Source: Candidatus Methanoxibalbensis ujae (GTDB lineage Archaea > Halobacteriota > Syntropharchaeia > Alkanophagales > Methanospirareceae). From it: DNA of 33,718 nucleotides. The DNA lies in the NCBI GenBank assembly GCA_026134085.1, contig JAOQIN010000018.1, forward strand, positions 1-33,718, in the 5' to 3' direction. Below the pieces are notes generated by a model. The model was not told the origin of the DNA, did no database searches, and saw only the letters and a list, made by a program, of their open reading frames with translations. Shown one piece after another: positions 18,752 to 27,768 of this stretch. A program made the position numbers and the translations under genes. Position 1 is the first letter of the stretch, and every line of letters starts with the position of its first letter.

Positions 18752-18973
18752 TTATACTCCGTAGCGAGCCACGCATGTTTTACTCGCCACTTTCTCAACC
18801 ACTTCACTCATGCTCGCGGTATCTATCGATTTGAGCACTTCCGCCTGGTCGGGAGTCAGGTCAATACCCTCCTTCTTCGCAGCTGCCACGGGGTCTTCAA
18901 TGAACTCCTTTCTGAAAGCCTCGTCAGATAGCACCTTGCCCACAAGCCTGTTCAACTCCTCTTTTGTTGCCAT
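18752..18973 (-). CDS. RiPP precursor, NHLP clan (Os1348/Franean1_4349-like leader), putative core TCVARYGV
   Basis: Leader LVGKVLSDEAFRKEFIEDPVAAAKKEGIDLT matches the nitrile hydratase-like leader pattern; 73 aa; lies directly downstream of the rSAM/SPASM gene. Confidence 0.85.
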   Translation of the reverse strand: MATKEELNRLVGKVLSDEAFRKEFIEDPVAAAKKEGIDLTPDQAEVLKSIDTASMSEVVEKVASKTCVARYGV

Positions 18974-19003
18974 TTTTATCGTCAGTTTGTTACCATACTG
19001 CCG

Positions 19004-19063
19004 TATTTAAAATCTCCAACCGATTTTAAAAATTTTTAAATTTTTTTAAAAAATTTATTAATT
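19004..19063 (-). promoter_or_regulatory. Putative TATA box and AT-rich upstream element for the precursor gene
   Basis: Minus strand TTTAAATA about 30 nt upstream of the ATG, preceded by an almost pure A/T, partly palindromic tract; no SD sequence. Confidence 0.5.
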
Positions 19064-19082
19064 TCTCGCATCCTCGCACGGT

Positions 19083-20486
19083 TCACTTTTCCCGAGCAGC
19101 TCCTTTCCAGAAAGCATTGACTTCAGTCTGAGGAAGAAGCAGCAAAAAAACTCCCGGATTACGCCTACGCAGCTCAGCATAGAGCCAGATGGAAAGCTCG
19201 ATGATGTGCCTGTTGAGCTCGCACTCGAAGTGGTTGGGTTGCCAGGGGTCGCCGTTTGTCTCGATTGCCATCGAAATACAACCCCCTGCGCATAGATAAC
19301 GAGCCCAGCAATTCCGACAGGCAGGAATGCGGTCAACATCGCCCAGCCTTTCTCTCCAATAGCTCAGCTTCCGCCAGTCCACTCCCCTCCATACATCGCC
19401 AACTTCACAGCTTTCCCTCCCCGCCAAATCCGCACAGGGATACAGTTTACCGTCAGCCGACACACCCAGCATGTTTACAGCAGCACCGCAAAAATGTGAG
19501 CGCCGGTGCCCCGCGCAAAGCGTTAGCATATAGCGCAAAAAAGGACCTCTGGCGGAGATGTCATCTCGCAGAGCTTCTTCAAGAAATAACTGCGCTAACT
19601 GCGTATATGATCTCTTAAGGCGCTCGTAATCGCTGTCTGCGAGCCCGAATTCAGCTTCAACTCCTCCCGCGTGGTTCACTCTGACATAGCCAGCACCCCA
19701 CTGCCTCAGGTGTTTGAATGAAGCCACAAGATCAGGCGTCTGAGGGGTAAGAGTGGCCCGTAATTCCACCTTCTCTCCATAGTCTTCGAGCAGTTTGGGG
19801 AGCCAACGACTTATCACCCCGTAGGAGCCTCTGCCATCGGGGAATACTCTCATCCTGTCGTGCGTTTCCCTGTCGCCATCCAGGCTGATCTGGACTTCGA
19901 TCTGGTTCTCCTTGATGAAGGAGATAATATCGTCGTTGAATAGCGTACCGTTGGTGGCTATCAAGAACTTTGCCTTCTTCCGCTTGCGTTCTGCTTCAAC
20001 TTGAGCATATTCCACTGCTGATTTTATCGTTTTGAAGTTCAGTAACGGTTCGCCACCTGTGAAGATGAGGGAAATTGTCTCGCTCTCGCGTGACTCACGG
20101 AGGAGAAGATCAACAGCCGCTTCCGCAACCTCCGGCGACATTTTTCCTCGCTTTCCACCGGATGTATAGCCCTTTTCAAGAAAACAATATCTGCATCGCA
20201 GATTACAGTCCTGCGCGATGTTGAGCTCAAGGGTGTCAATTTCAGGTGAAACATCTTTTTTATCTCTTTTCACAGGTGGCGGTTGTTCCCGCCCGAGCAA
20301 CCCTTTTTCCTCCAAACTGCTGATTGTCTGAACGAACTGCCGGTTCAGTTTCATCATTGCTATTTCCCTGTCGGGCAGCGCAAGTATTTCCGCTTCAAGA
20401 GGTGAGAGGTTAAAGACGCGCATTCTACGAACATCAAGGGCATACCAGCCCCCACGATAAAAACAATGGACTTCCGCCTTAAGCAT
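19083..20486 (-). CDS. Radical SAM/SPASM peptide maturase (CteB/PapB/QhpD-like)
   Basis: CNLRCRYC, FTGGEPLL, ATNGTL, SLDG, SPASM CGAA...YPC...CRNCWARYLCAGGC...C; N-terminal RRE-sized extension. Start probably 20486, just after the upstream stop. Confidence 0.92.
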   Translation of the reverse strand: MLKAEVHCFYRGGWYALDVRRMRVFNLSPLEAEILALPDREIAMMKLNRQFVQTISSLEEKGLLGREQPPPVKRDKKDVSPEIDTLELNIAQDCNLRCRYCFLEKGYTSGGKRGKMSPEVAEAAVDLLLRESRESETISLIFTGGEPLLNFKTIKSAVEYAQVEAERKRKKAKFLIATNGTLFNDDIISFIKENQIEVQISLDGDRETHDRMRVFPDGRGSYGVISRWLPKLLEDYGEKVELRATLTPQTPDLVASFKHLRQWGAGYVRVNHAGGVEAEFGLADSDYERLKRSYTQLAQLFLEEALRDDISARGPFLRYMLTLCAGHRRSHFCGAAVNMLGVSADGKLYPCADLAGRESCEVGDVWRGVDWRKLSYWRERLGDVDRIPACRNCWARYLCAGGCISMAIETNGDPWQPNHFECELNRHIIELSIWLYAELRRRNPGVFLLLLPQTEVNAFWKGAAREK

Positions 20487-20493
20487 CCGATTC

Positions 20494-21882
20494 TCAGCAC
20501 TGCTTCCGCTTTCTGATTGCATTCCAGGCATCTCGCACCCCACTCCAGATTTTCACACTCATCGAACCCACAAGAGGTATCAATATTATCAAACCGATGA
20601 GTGTCAAAATTACTTTACCCATCCAGTTGCTCCACAATAAATTGAACATCATCTGAAAGTTGCTGTGCCATAGCTCCACCAGTAACAAAATAGCCACTAC
20701 TGCCCAGATTGCCGCCATAATACCGAATGCAGTGAATATTTTCTCCTCGCGGTTGAACTTCTCTCTTCTGCTCAACTTCTGCCACAGGGGACCTTTAATG
20801 AACTCAAACGATTTAGCTCGCAAGCCTGGAATTTCCAGATAATTCACCAGTATGTAATATCCATCCCATTCAAGGAGAGGGTTCATGTTCATCAAGACGT
20901 TAAGCATGCCCAGGAAAGCAGCCTGGAAAAGGAGGGGTGCCATCGCAGACGAAGGGAAGAGGGCAATTAGAACAGCACATACAGAACCGATAATTAATCC
21001 CGCATAGGGTCCCGCCCAGGAAACAGCGATTCGCTGCTTCCGCGTTCCCAACCACATATCCGTCGTGTCAACGAACATGCATGGATTTCCCCAGTAAAGC
21101 ATGATGCCTCCGCTGATTATCTTCCTGCCGTAAAATTTGACTGTGAGCCCATGACCGTGTTCGTGAATGAAAGTGATTACCATGTTCAGCAAAATCAGGG
21201 TGAGAATCCCCAGACCGTATGAACCCGCGGTTTGAAAGAGGGGATAGTCACCTCCAATGAATTCCCAGATGAAAAGGGGAACACCAACCACCGAGAGGAT
21301 AATGAAAAGTATCATGGCAGGAGGGGAGAAGAAAAGCCAGCCTCCGTGACGATAAATCCAATCGAAGTATCTGTCGGCATCAATGCTGATCTGAGCTTGG
21401 GATACTTTTTTCCACATGCGTACCAGTTGAGACCTGAAGCTCTTAGCACCAAAGCGATTCCAGATGAGCCCATAGAGATCAGGCGTCTTTTCCTCCAGGA
21501 ATCCGTTGCTTTTGAGCTGAGTCAACAGACTGCTCAACTGTTCAAACGGCGGTGAGCCATATTTGTTGAGGTAGGCTATGGCAAGGTCAGTGATCGAATG
21601 CCTCCCATCCATCAGGTTCCAGAGGAAGAACCCGCGGGGATCCAGTTGGAGATAGGTATCAGTTTTGGTGTTATGGAGAATGAACCTTTCCTCACCGCGG
21701 AATTGCTGCTTTGAGATTTCTACGGTGCTCACACCTTTCGGCTTGAACTTGGAGAAATCCAGTCTCTCGCGCAGTGTTGTCCAGAGGTCCTGAGCAGGTT
21801 GCTGTGCTTGCGCTTCCTTCGCTCTTTTCTCCAACTTTGCCCATAAACCCTGCTGCGTCTTTTCTCTCTCTTCCTCTGACAT
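20494..21882 (-). CDS. PqqD/RRE domain fused to M50 (site-2 protease) membrane metallopeptidase
   Basis: YLQLDPRGFFLWNLMDGRHSITDL (RRE), HEHGH, AGP, NMNPLLEWDGY, several TM helices. Start at 21882, one base after the MinD stop codon. Confidence 0.88.
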   Translation of the reverse strand: MSEEEREKTQQGLWAKLEKRAKEAQAQQPAQDLWTTLRERLDFSKFKPKGVSTVEISKQQFRGEERFILHNTKTDTYLQLDPRGFFLWNLMDGRHSITDLAIAYLNKYGSPPFEQLSSLLTQLKSNGFLEEKTPDLYGLIWNRFGAKSFRSQLVRMWKKVSQAQISIDADRYFDWIYRHGGWLFFSPPAMILFIILSVVGVPLFIWEFIGGDYPLFQTAGSYGLGILTLILLNMVITFIHEHGHGLTVKFYGRKIISGGIMLYWGNPCMFVDTTDMWLGTRKQRIAVSWAGPYAGLIIGSVCAVLIALFPSSAMAPLLFQAAFLGMLNVLMNMNPLLEWDGYYILVNYLEIPGLRAKSFEFIKGPLWQKLSRREKFNREEKIFTAFGIMAAIWAVVAILLLVELWHSNFQMMFNLLWSNWMGKVILTLIGLIILIPLVGSMSVKIWSGVRDAWNAIRKRKQC

Positions 21883-21883
21883 C

Positions 21884-22648
21884 TCAGACGTTGAGAATCC
21901 TCTCTGCAATTTCTTCGATTCCCTGTGAGAAGGGATGCTCGCGATGGTTGAGATAAAAGATTTCCTTACTTCCGATCTCAATCAAATCATCGGACTGCGG
22001 AAGAACGCCTGCAACGTCACATTTGTACACATTTTCTATATCGTGCTTCACCTTTTCAAAATCGTATGTCTGGAGCACTTTATTCATGACCAGAAACAGA
22101 TTTGGCACTTCCAAACGCCTGCAAACTTCTAATGTAACGCTTGTCCCCTGGTAGTCCTGATTGTCAGGTCTCAGAATGATCAGCGAGATATCAGCTATTG
22201 CGAGCGATAGCAGGGTCTCCTCTCCGATGCCCGGATGCGTGTCTATAAACAAAAAGTCCAGATTCAGCGCGCGGATTGCTTCTGTAAACCCGTCGTTCAG
22301 CAGCGAAACCTCATACCCCTCCTTTAATATCCTCGCTATCTCGCCCATCTTCATGCTTGAGGGAATAAGATACACTTTTCCCCCTGCCTCTTCAACGCCA
22401 GCCAGGTTCTTTGTGACGTCCTTCGCCGCCTCTTCTATCCCGCACTTTCCCCACAGGTAATCGTTTAACGTCTTTCCCATGCTCTCTGGCTCAAACCCAA
22501 ACAACACATGTATTCCAGGCGATTGAATATCTGTATCAACAATGCCCACGCGCTTGCCTTTGCAGGCGATGCACGTGGCTATGTTTGCTACTATATTTGA
22601 TTTTCCTGTTCCACCTCTAAAAGAATGTACTGCTACTATTTTTCCCAT
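21884..22648 (-). CDS. MinD/ParA-family ATPase
   Basis: HSFRGGTGKSN deviant Walker A, VDTDIQSPG, IDTHPG, LRPDNQDYQGT; RBS GAGGAGAGAG. Confidence 0.92.
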   Translation of the reverse strand: MGKIVAVHSFRGGTGKSNIVANIATCIACKGKRVGIVDTDIQSPGIHVLFGFEPESMGKTLNDYLWGKCGIEEAAKDVTKNLAGVEEAGGKVYLIPSSMKMGEIARILKEGYEVSLLNDGFTEAIRALNLDFLFIDTHPGIGEETLLSLAIADISLIILRPDNQDYQGTSVTLEVCRRLEVPNLFLVMNKVLQTYDFEKVKHDIENVYKCDVAGVLPQSDDLIEIGSKEIFYLNHREHPFSQGIEEIAERILNV

Positions 22649-22954
22649 TTTTACTCTCTCCTCAATTTTGAGATGTATTTTTTAAACTTTCCGTTGCTGC
22701 CAAGTTTTCTTGCGAAAGCGAGATGATACAGAAGGGGAGGCAGGAGGTATGTTTTCGGTTTCTTACAACTATATGAGTTGCTCATCTGCTATCTTCACTG
22801 TCATCTTATCTTTGCTGTGAAGTGTCGCGGGAAAGTATCGCAGGAAAGAAACTATAAAACAGCACGGAATCACCATAATAATCGCCATTGCACTTAAATG
22901 ACTGATCATACATCAACGGAAACAACCGCTTAAAAACGGCAAAATCCAAGATGA

Positions 22955-23061
22955 TGAATCAAAAGTTGAAAGATCGCATAAAGCAAGAAAAAAAAGACAA
23001 ACTATTGGAAGAAGCAAAAAGAAAAGTTTAGGAGACAATTGAAAATGAGATCAACAAATAG
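22955..23061 (+). pseudogene. C-terminal remnant of an R-M specificity subunit or TRD
   Basis: With one frameshift and one stop it reads ESKVERSHKARKK/DKLLEEAKRKV*ETIENEINK*, resembling HsdS/type IIG C-terminal helices. Confidence 0.45.
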
Positions 23062-23121
23062 TCAGCCCGCCCTTAAGTGCCCTCGCGACTCTCCGCCCCT
23101 TTGATCAGGGCTATCTCCCTC

Positions 23122-23201
23122 GTCTAACAGGAGGTGGCTCGCCTGCGCTCGCCAAAATTTGCTCTTGCGGGCGAACTTCACATATTCCCTGAACGATATA
23201 T
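23122..23201 (+). repeat. attC-like site 3 (R' core degenerate)
   Basis: GTCTAAC-aggaggtggctcgcctgcgctcgccaaaatttgctc...aacttcacatattccctgaac-GATATAT; near-identical to the reverse complement of 713-798. Confidence 0.6.
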
Positions 23202-24405
23202 CGGAGTGAGAGGCGTATAATATAAAGGTGCGAATCGAGGAATAAATTGTCATCATAGTTGCACTCATAAGTGTGTTTATCGCTATCTGAAACTGGAATG
23301 TGACTGTTTCGCTGTAATCATATCCCCGCTTCAACAGGCATCGCCGGCTCGTGTCTCATGCAGCAGATTGTTATTGAGAGGGTCAGTCACATCTTCTTTT
23401 TCAACATTGAATTGTCTGACGAGCTGAACGAGCACCTCACCCGCACATTCTGCATCAATCTCAATATCGCTGTTGACGGGCACCTCAATCATCCGAAGCG
23501 GTGAGCCATAGGCTTCCGCATACCGCTGACGAACGCTGAGAAGCTGCCCCGGCTCCTTCTGAATGTGAGCTGTCGCTGAGCAGCATTTCCGCCTTCGCAA
23601 CGCAAGCACCCTTCGCAAGCACATCACAGGCCACATCACAGGCTCTTCACGTGAGATATTTTGTCACTTGAGATAGCTGCCAGGGACTTCCACGAATGCA
23701 GAGCCATTCATCACTCGGAATTGCTCAATTGTTCTGCAGGCTCAACAATAACAATATGAAAAACCCCATTCCAGAGCCATTACTGGGAGCTTCTGAGCTT
23801 TCAGAAGTGTTGCCTACTATGCCCAATTATCTCGGAGAAGACATTGGAAGTCGCCAAGAGCTTGTTAATTCCATATCAACACTTACTTGAGGTTCAGTTT
23901 GATAAGAACAGTGATGTGCAGATAGAATTCTCATAGACAGGCTCAGCATCCCTTACAGGATTCTTGAGCAACTCTCGCTGATCCAACAGCCAATTCTGGA
24001 CTCTTCCATAGCAGAGATGCCCCAAACTCTCCATTCCCGGGCAAAGTGAACAACCTCCTGTCCGGATCCACGGCTGTCCAAACTTGTGCTGTTTCTTTTT
24101 ACCGGGTAAGACTTACTCACACGGTCTCTGGCACAAACAGCAAAGTTTGCAGATTAAACCTCTGGCTCGGGTAAACAAGGTGGTGCAGACGCTGATAAGC
24201 ATCTCTAAATGACTGTATAAATTTGCGGTCATCTTAAGCCTGCACTAAGCTTGCACACCACCGTCTTGGCAATCAAAATTCATATATATTTAATCTAAAT
24301 AAAGGGGAGGTGAGAAAAACCCGCCCCAACAGAAGGCCAGCGGTTTATCAAAGATTCTATATTCTATTAAATAAAACAATAATAAAAATATGAGAAGGTG
24401 ATGAT

Positions 24406-24933
24406 ATGTTTCTCAGGGAGTGGCGGATAACGGAGATTCTTCCCTGTATAGTGAATCCCGAGTGGAAAAGAATAAAGACAGAGATTTCAGATGACATCGG
24501 TGAGGTTCTTCCTTATCTCAACGCAATAATAAGGGATGCTGTTTATAACCCCAATGGAAAGAGCCTGACTTTCAGATTTAAAGGAATGCTTGTCACTCTC
24601 TTTCCACGAGCTATAAATTTGGCTCAGGTTCCCACACTTGAAGAAGGAGAGTCCGCTTTGAACGAGCTCAGAGACCTGATTAACAATACCTGGGAGAGGA
24701 GGGATGAGATAACTCCTGTTTATGAGAAGAGGACATTAAGAGCGAAGGACATCCTTGATCTTCTCCCAAAGACGAACTGCGGAGAATGCGGTCTTCCGAA
24801 CTGTTTCGCCTTCGCCATGGCCATGGTGAGAGGACAGAGAAAGCTCTCAGACTGCCCCCCTCTTCACGGACAGCAGTACAGGGAGAACATGGAAGCTCTA
24901 AGGGAGCTCCTCAAAACAGTGGGAATAGAATGA
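24406..24933 (+). CDS. Fe-S-binding protein (COG4871-like) with C-terminal FeS domain
   Basis: VLPYLNA, LPKTNCGECGLPNCFAFA...CPPL; RBS AAGGTGA. Confidence 0.85.
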   Translation: MFLREWRITEILPCIVNPEWKRIKTEISDDIGEVLPYLNAIIRDAVYNPNGKSLTFRFKGMLVTLFPRAINLAQVPTLEEGESALNELRDLINNTWERRDEITPVYEKRTLRAKDILDLLPKTNCGECGLPNCFAFAMAMVRGQRKLSDCPPLHGQQYRENMEALRELLKTVGIE

Positions 24934-25737
24934 TTTATGTAGCTTTGTCCTGCGACCTCCATTGCGTTTTGCGGTGCGCTTAAACGACTGTCTCATTCAG
25001 CATGACATTCCCTTGCCTTTGCGGACGCCCTCAACATACAGGCAGCTCATCTTCCGTTTTTCTTTTCATTTTCAAATTTGGGAAGCAAATATCGCTCAAC
25101 AACATCACATTCAGAGGATAATTTCCATTTCAGGAGCAGGGGAGGATGGTTGGACGGAAGTTGTTCCCTGTGCCTTGAGCCTTGAGATGCCATGCAAAGA
25201 AATAGATGGCTGTGGTAAGCTGTGGTAAGTCTGATGAGGAACTGTAACAGTGATGGGAGAAGATCACATACGCGTCAGGCAAATGCATGAACTGTCTGCG
25301 ATGTGACTTTTATTTTTCATTCTTCGTATTTCCGATTCTCCCTGAAATTCGCCGTCCGCATTCTCAACGCTCCACATTGCTCCACATTCACCGCTCTTCG
25401 TTTTAGTTCGAGGGGAAGGATAAAAACCAAACACATGACAAAACACATGACCACAGCAGCACAGAGCGGATCCGATACTGCTTATGTCGGCTGCCTATCA
25501 GCAGCTCAGTTGTCAACCAAGCGCTTGCAGCTTTGTTATCAACAGCCTGTCAGCCGGCTCATAGAAGCGGTGCAATACGACAGTGCGAGAGGCGTGATTG
25601 TGACGAGGTCTCTGGCGGCTGTCAGATGTGAGATTCGGAAATGGGATAATTGATAACAATTAAATGACGACATATTTAACAAATTATTAAATACGAAATC
25701 TCAACTGTGCTCAACTGTGCATCTGAGGTGAGAGGGC

Positions 25738-26865
25738 ATGGGCAACGAGACAGCCTCAATAAGAAAGGAGATGGAGCGGTTGAGCGATGAATACAAGCGG
25801 TTTGTAGGTCGCAAAATCTCGTTTATAGTTGCATCAGTTCTCCTCATTTTCATAACGGCGGGAGTGTCTGTGACTCTTGGTCCTTACGATATTTCATTTA
25901 TTGATGCATACTCCATAATATTTCAGGGAATGCATGATATCATATTTCGTTTTCACAATATTTACGCATTTATTCAGTTTCTTGATGAAAATTACATGGT
26001 GAAGGAGTGGGTTATATGGCAGCAGAGGCTTCCGCCTATTGTGATGGGTGTAATTGCGGGCATATCGCTCGGGATCGCGGGTGCTGAGATGCAGGGAATA
26101 TTGAGAAATCCTCTTGCATCGCCTTACACGCTCGGCATATCATCTGCTGCGGTTTTCGGCGCTGCACTTGCAATAATTATAAATTTGAGCATCGTCCGTG
26201 CTGCTGATGAGCGTTTTCTGATTGTTGTGAATGCATTTTTCTTCGCAATATTATCTTCATCGCTCATATATGGAATTTCAAAAATGAAAAACGCAACTCC
26301 CGAGACAATGATACTTGCCGGTATCGCAATAACCTATCTTTTCATGGCGCTCACTCAACTTCTGAAATATTTTGCACCTGCTGAGGAGGTGAAAGAGACT
26401 GTTGTGTGGTCTTTCGGCGCTTTGAGTGCGAATTGGAGTGAGATTCTCATATCATTTGTTATTGTTCTTCCTTGTGTTCCTGTACTCATGCTGAAAGTCT
26501 GGGATCTGAATGTGATGAGTGCGGGAGATGAGGTGGCGAAGAGCCTTGGTGTTGATGTTGAACGCACGAGACAGTTATGTTTCTTTCTTTCATCATTCCT
26601 CACAGCCGGCACCGTCTGCTTTACAGGTCCTATAAGCTTCATAGGGCTCGTCTCACCGCATATATGCCGCATGGTGATAGGTGCTGACAACAGATTCCTC
26701 GTTCCTGCATCGGGACTCTTCGGTGCAGCATTGCTCATCGCCGCAGATACTGTTGCGAAAATAGTGATATCCCCTGTCATAATTCCGGTGGGTATAATAA
26801 CAGCATTCATGGGTGTTCCGCTTTTCCTCTACCTCATACTCAGGAGAAGCAGGGAGTATTGGTGA
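25738..26865 (+). CDS. FecCD/BtuC-family ABC transporter permease
   Basis: RLPPIV, QGILRNPLASPYTLGISSAA, GDEVAKSLGV, GPISFIGLVSPH, GVPLFLYL. Confidence 0.95.
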   Translation: MGNETASIRKEMERLSDEYKRFVGRKISFIVASVLLIFITAGVSVTLGPYDISFIDAYSIIFQGMHDIIFRFHNIYAFIQFLDENYMVKEWVIWQQRLPPIVMGVIAGISLGIAGAEMQGILRNPLASPYTLGISSAAVFGAALAIIINLSIVRAADERFLIVVNAFFFAILSSSLIYGISKMKNATPETMILAGIAITYLFMALTQLLKYFAPAEEVKETVVWSFGALSANWSEILISFVIVLPCVPVLMLKVWDLNVMSAGDEVAKSLGVDVERTRQLCFFLSSFLTAGTVCFTGPISFIGLVSPHICRMVIGADNRFLVPASGLFGAALLIAADTVAKIVISPVIIPVGIITAFMGVPLFLYLILRRSREYW

Positions 26866-26913
26866 TGGTGAGATGATGCGGACATCGCTGATGCGGGACG
26901 GGAGGGATCTGAA

Positions 26914-27705
26914 ATGGTGAAGCTGCGGATAAAAGATGTTGAATTCAGCTACGGAAGCAATCCAGTGCTTGAAGGCGTGAGCTTTGATGTAAATGATGGA
27001 GAAATCCTCGGAATCATCGGACCGAACGGAGCGGGAAAATCAACACTTCTGAGGTGTATGAACAGAATTTTAAAGGTGAGAAAAGGCGTTATTATGATAG
27101 ATGGCAGGAATATATCAGATTTCAGCAGAATTGAATTGGCGAGGATAATGGGATATGTTCCTCAAAGCACACATCAGATATTTCCCAATACTGTTTTTGA
27201 TACTATATTAATGGGGAGAAGACCTCATTTGGGATGGAAATGTGGCGAAATTGACATAAAAAAGGTGCTTGAGACCATAGAAATGCTGAATATTGTTGAT
27301 CTTGCCATGCGAGACATCACAGAGCTCAGCGGAGGTCAGCAGCAGAAGGTTTTCATCGCGAGAGCTCTCGCTCAGGAGCCTGAAGTTCTAATTCTGGACG
27401 AGCCAACTTCAAATCTTGACATAAAACATCAGCTTGAAGTTATGAACATAATAAGTAAGATAGTGAAGGAGCGCGGTATAACAGCTGTTATGGCAGTTCA
27501 CGATCTCAATCTCGCATCAAGATATGTTGATCGCATCATAATGATGCATGCAGGCAAGATTTTTGCCGTCGGAAATCCTTCGGATGTGCTGACTGAGGAA
27601 AACATAAGAAAGGTATACGGTGTTGAAGCGATTGTCGGCGAGCATGATGGCAGACCTTTCATACTGCCCATCCGCCCAGCCGATACGGGAACTCATGATT
27701 CCTGA
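26914..27705 (+). CDS. FecE/BtuD-family ABC transporter ATP-binding protein
   Basis: GPNGAGKST, LSGGQQQ, ILDEPT, VHDLN. Confidence 0.95.
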   Translation: MVKLRIKDVEFSYGSNPVLEGVSFDVNDGEILGIIGPNGAGKSTLLRCMNRILKVRKGVIMIDGRNISDFSRIELARIMGYVPQSTHQIFPNTVFDTILMGRRPHLGWKCGEIDIKKVLETIEMLNIVDLAMRDITELSGGQQQKVFIARALAQEPEVLILDEPTSNLDIKHQLEVMNIISKIVKERGITAVMAVHDLNLASRYVDRIIMMHAGKIFAVGNPSDVLTEENIRKVYGVEAIVGEHDGRPFILPIRPADTGTHDS

Positions 27706-27768
27706 TTTCGCCTGGATATGTGTTTGTGTTTAAGTTTTGTGTTTAATTCGTGTTTAGATGAGAAGGAG

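Noticed and set aside
21884..22648. Cell-division minD or plasmid parA
   Set aside because: No minC/E, parB or origin nearby, and it is coupled to the M50 gene; gene symbol withheld.
24962..25653. ORFs or a cobalamin riboswitch upstream of the BtuCD-like genes
   Set aside because: No recognisable protein motif or B12-box seen; the substrate-binding protein gene is absent from the window.
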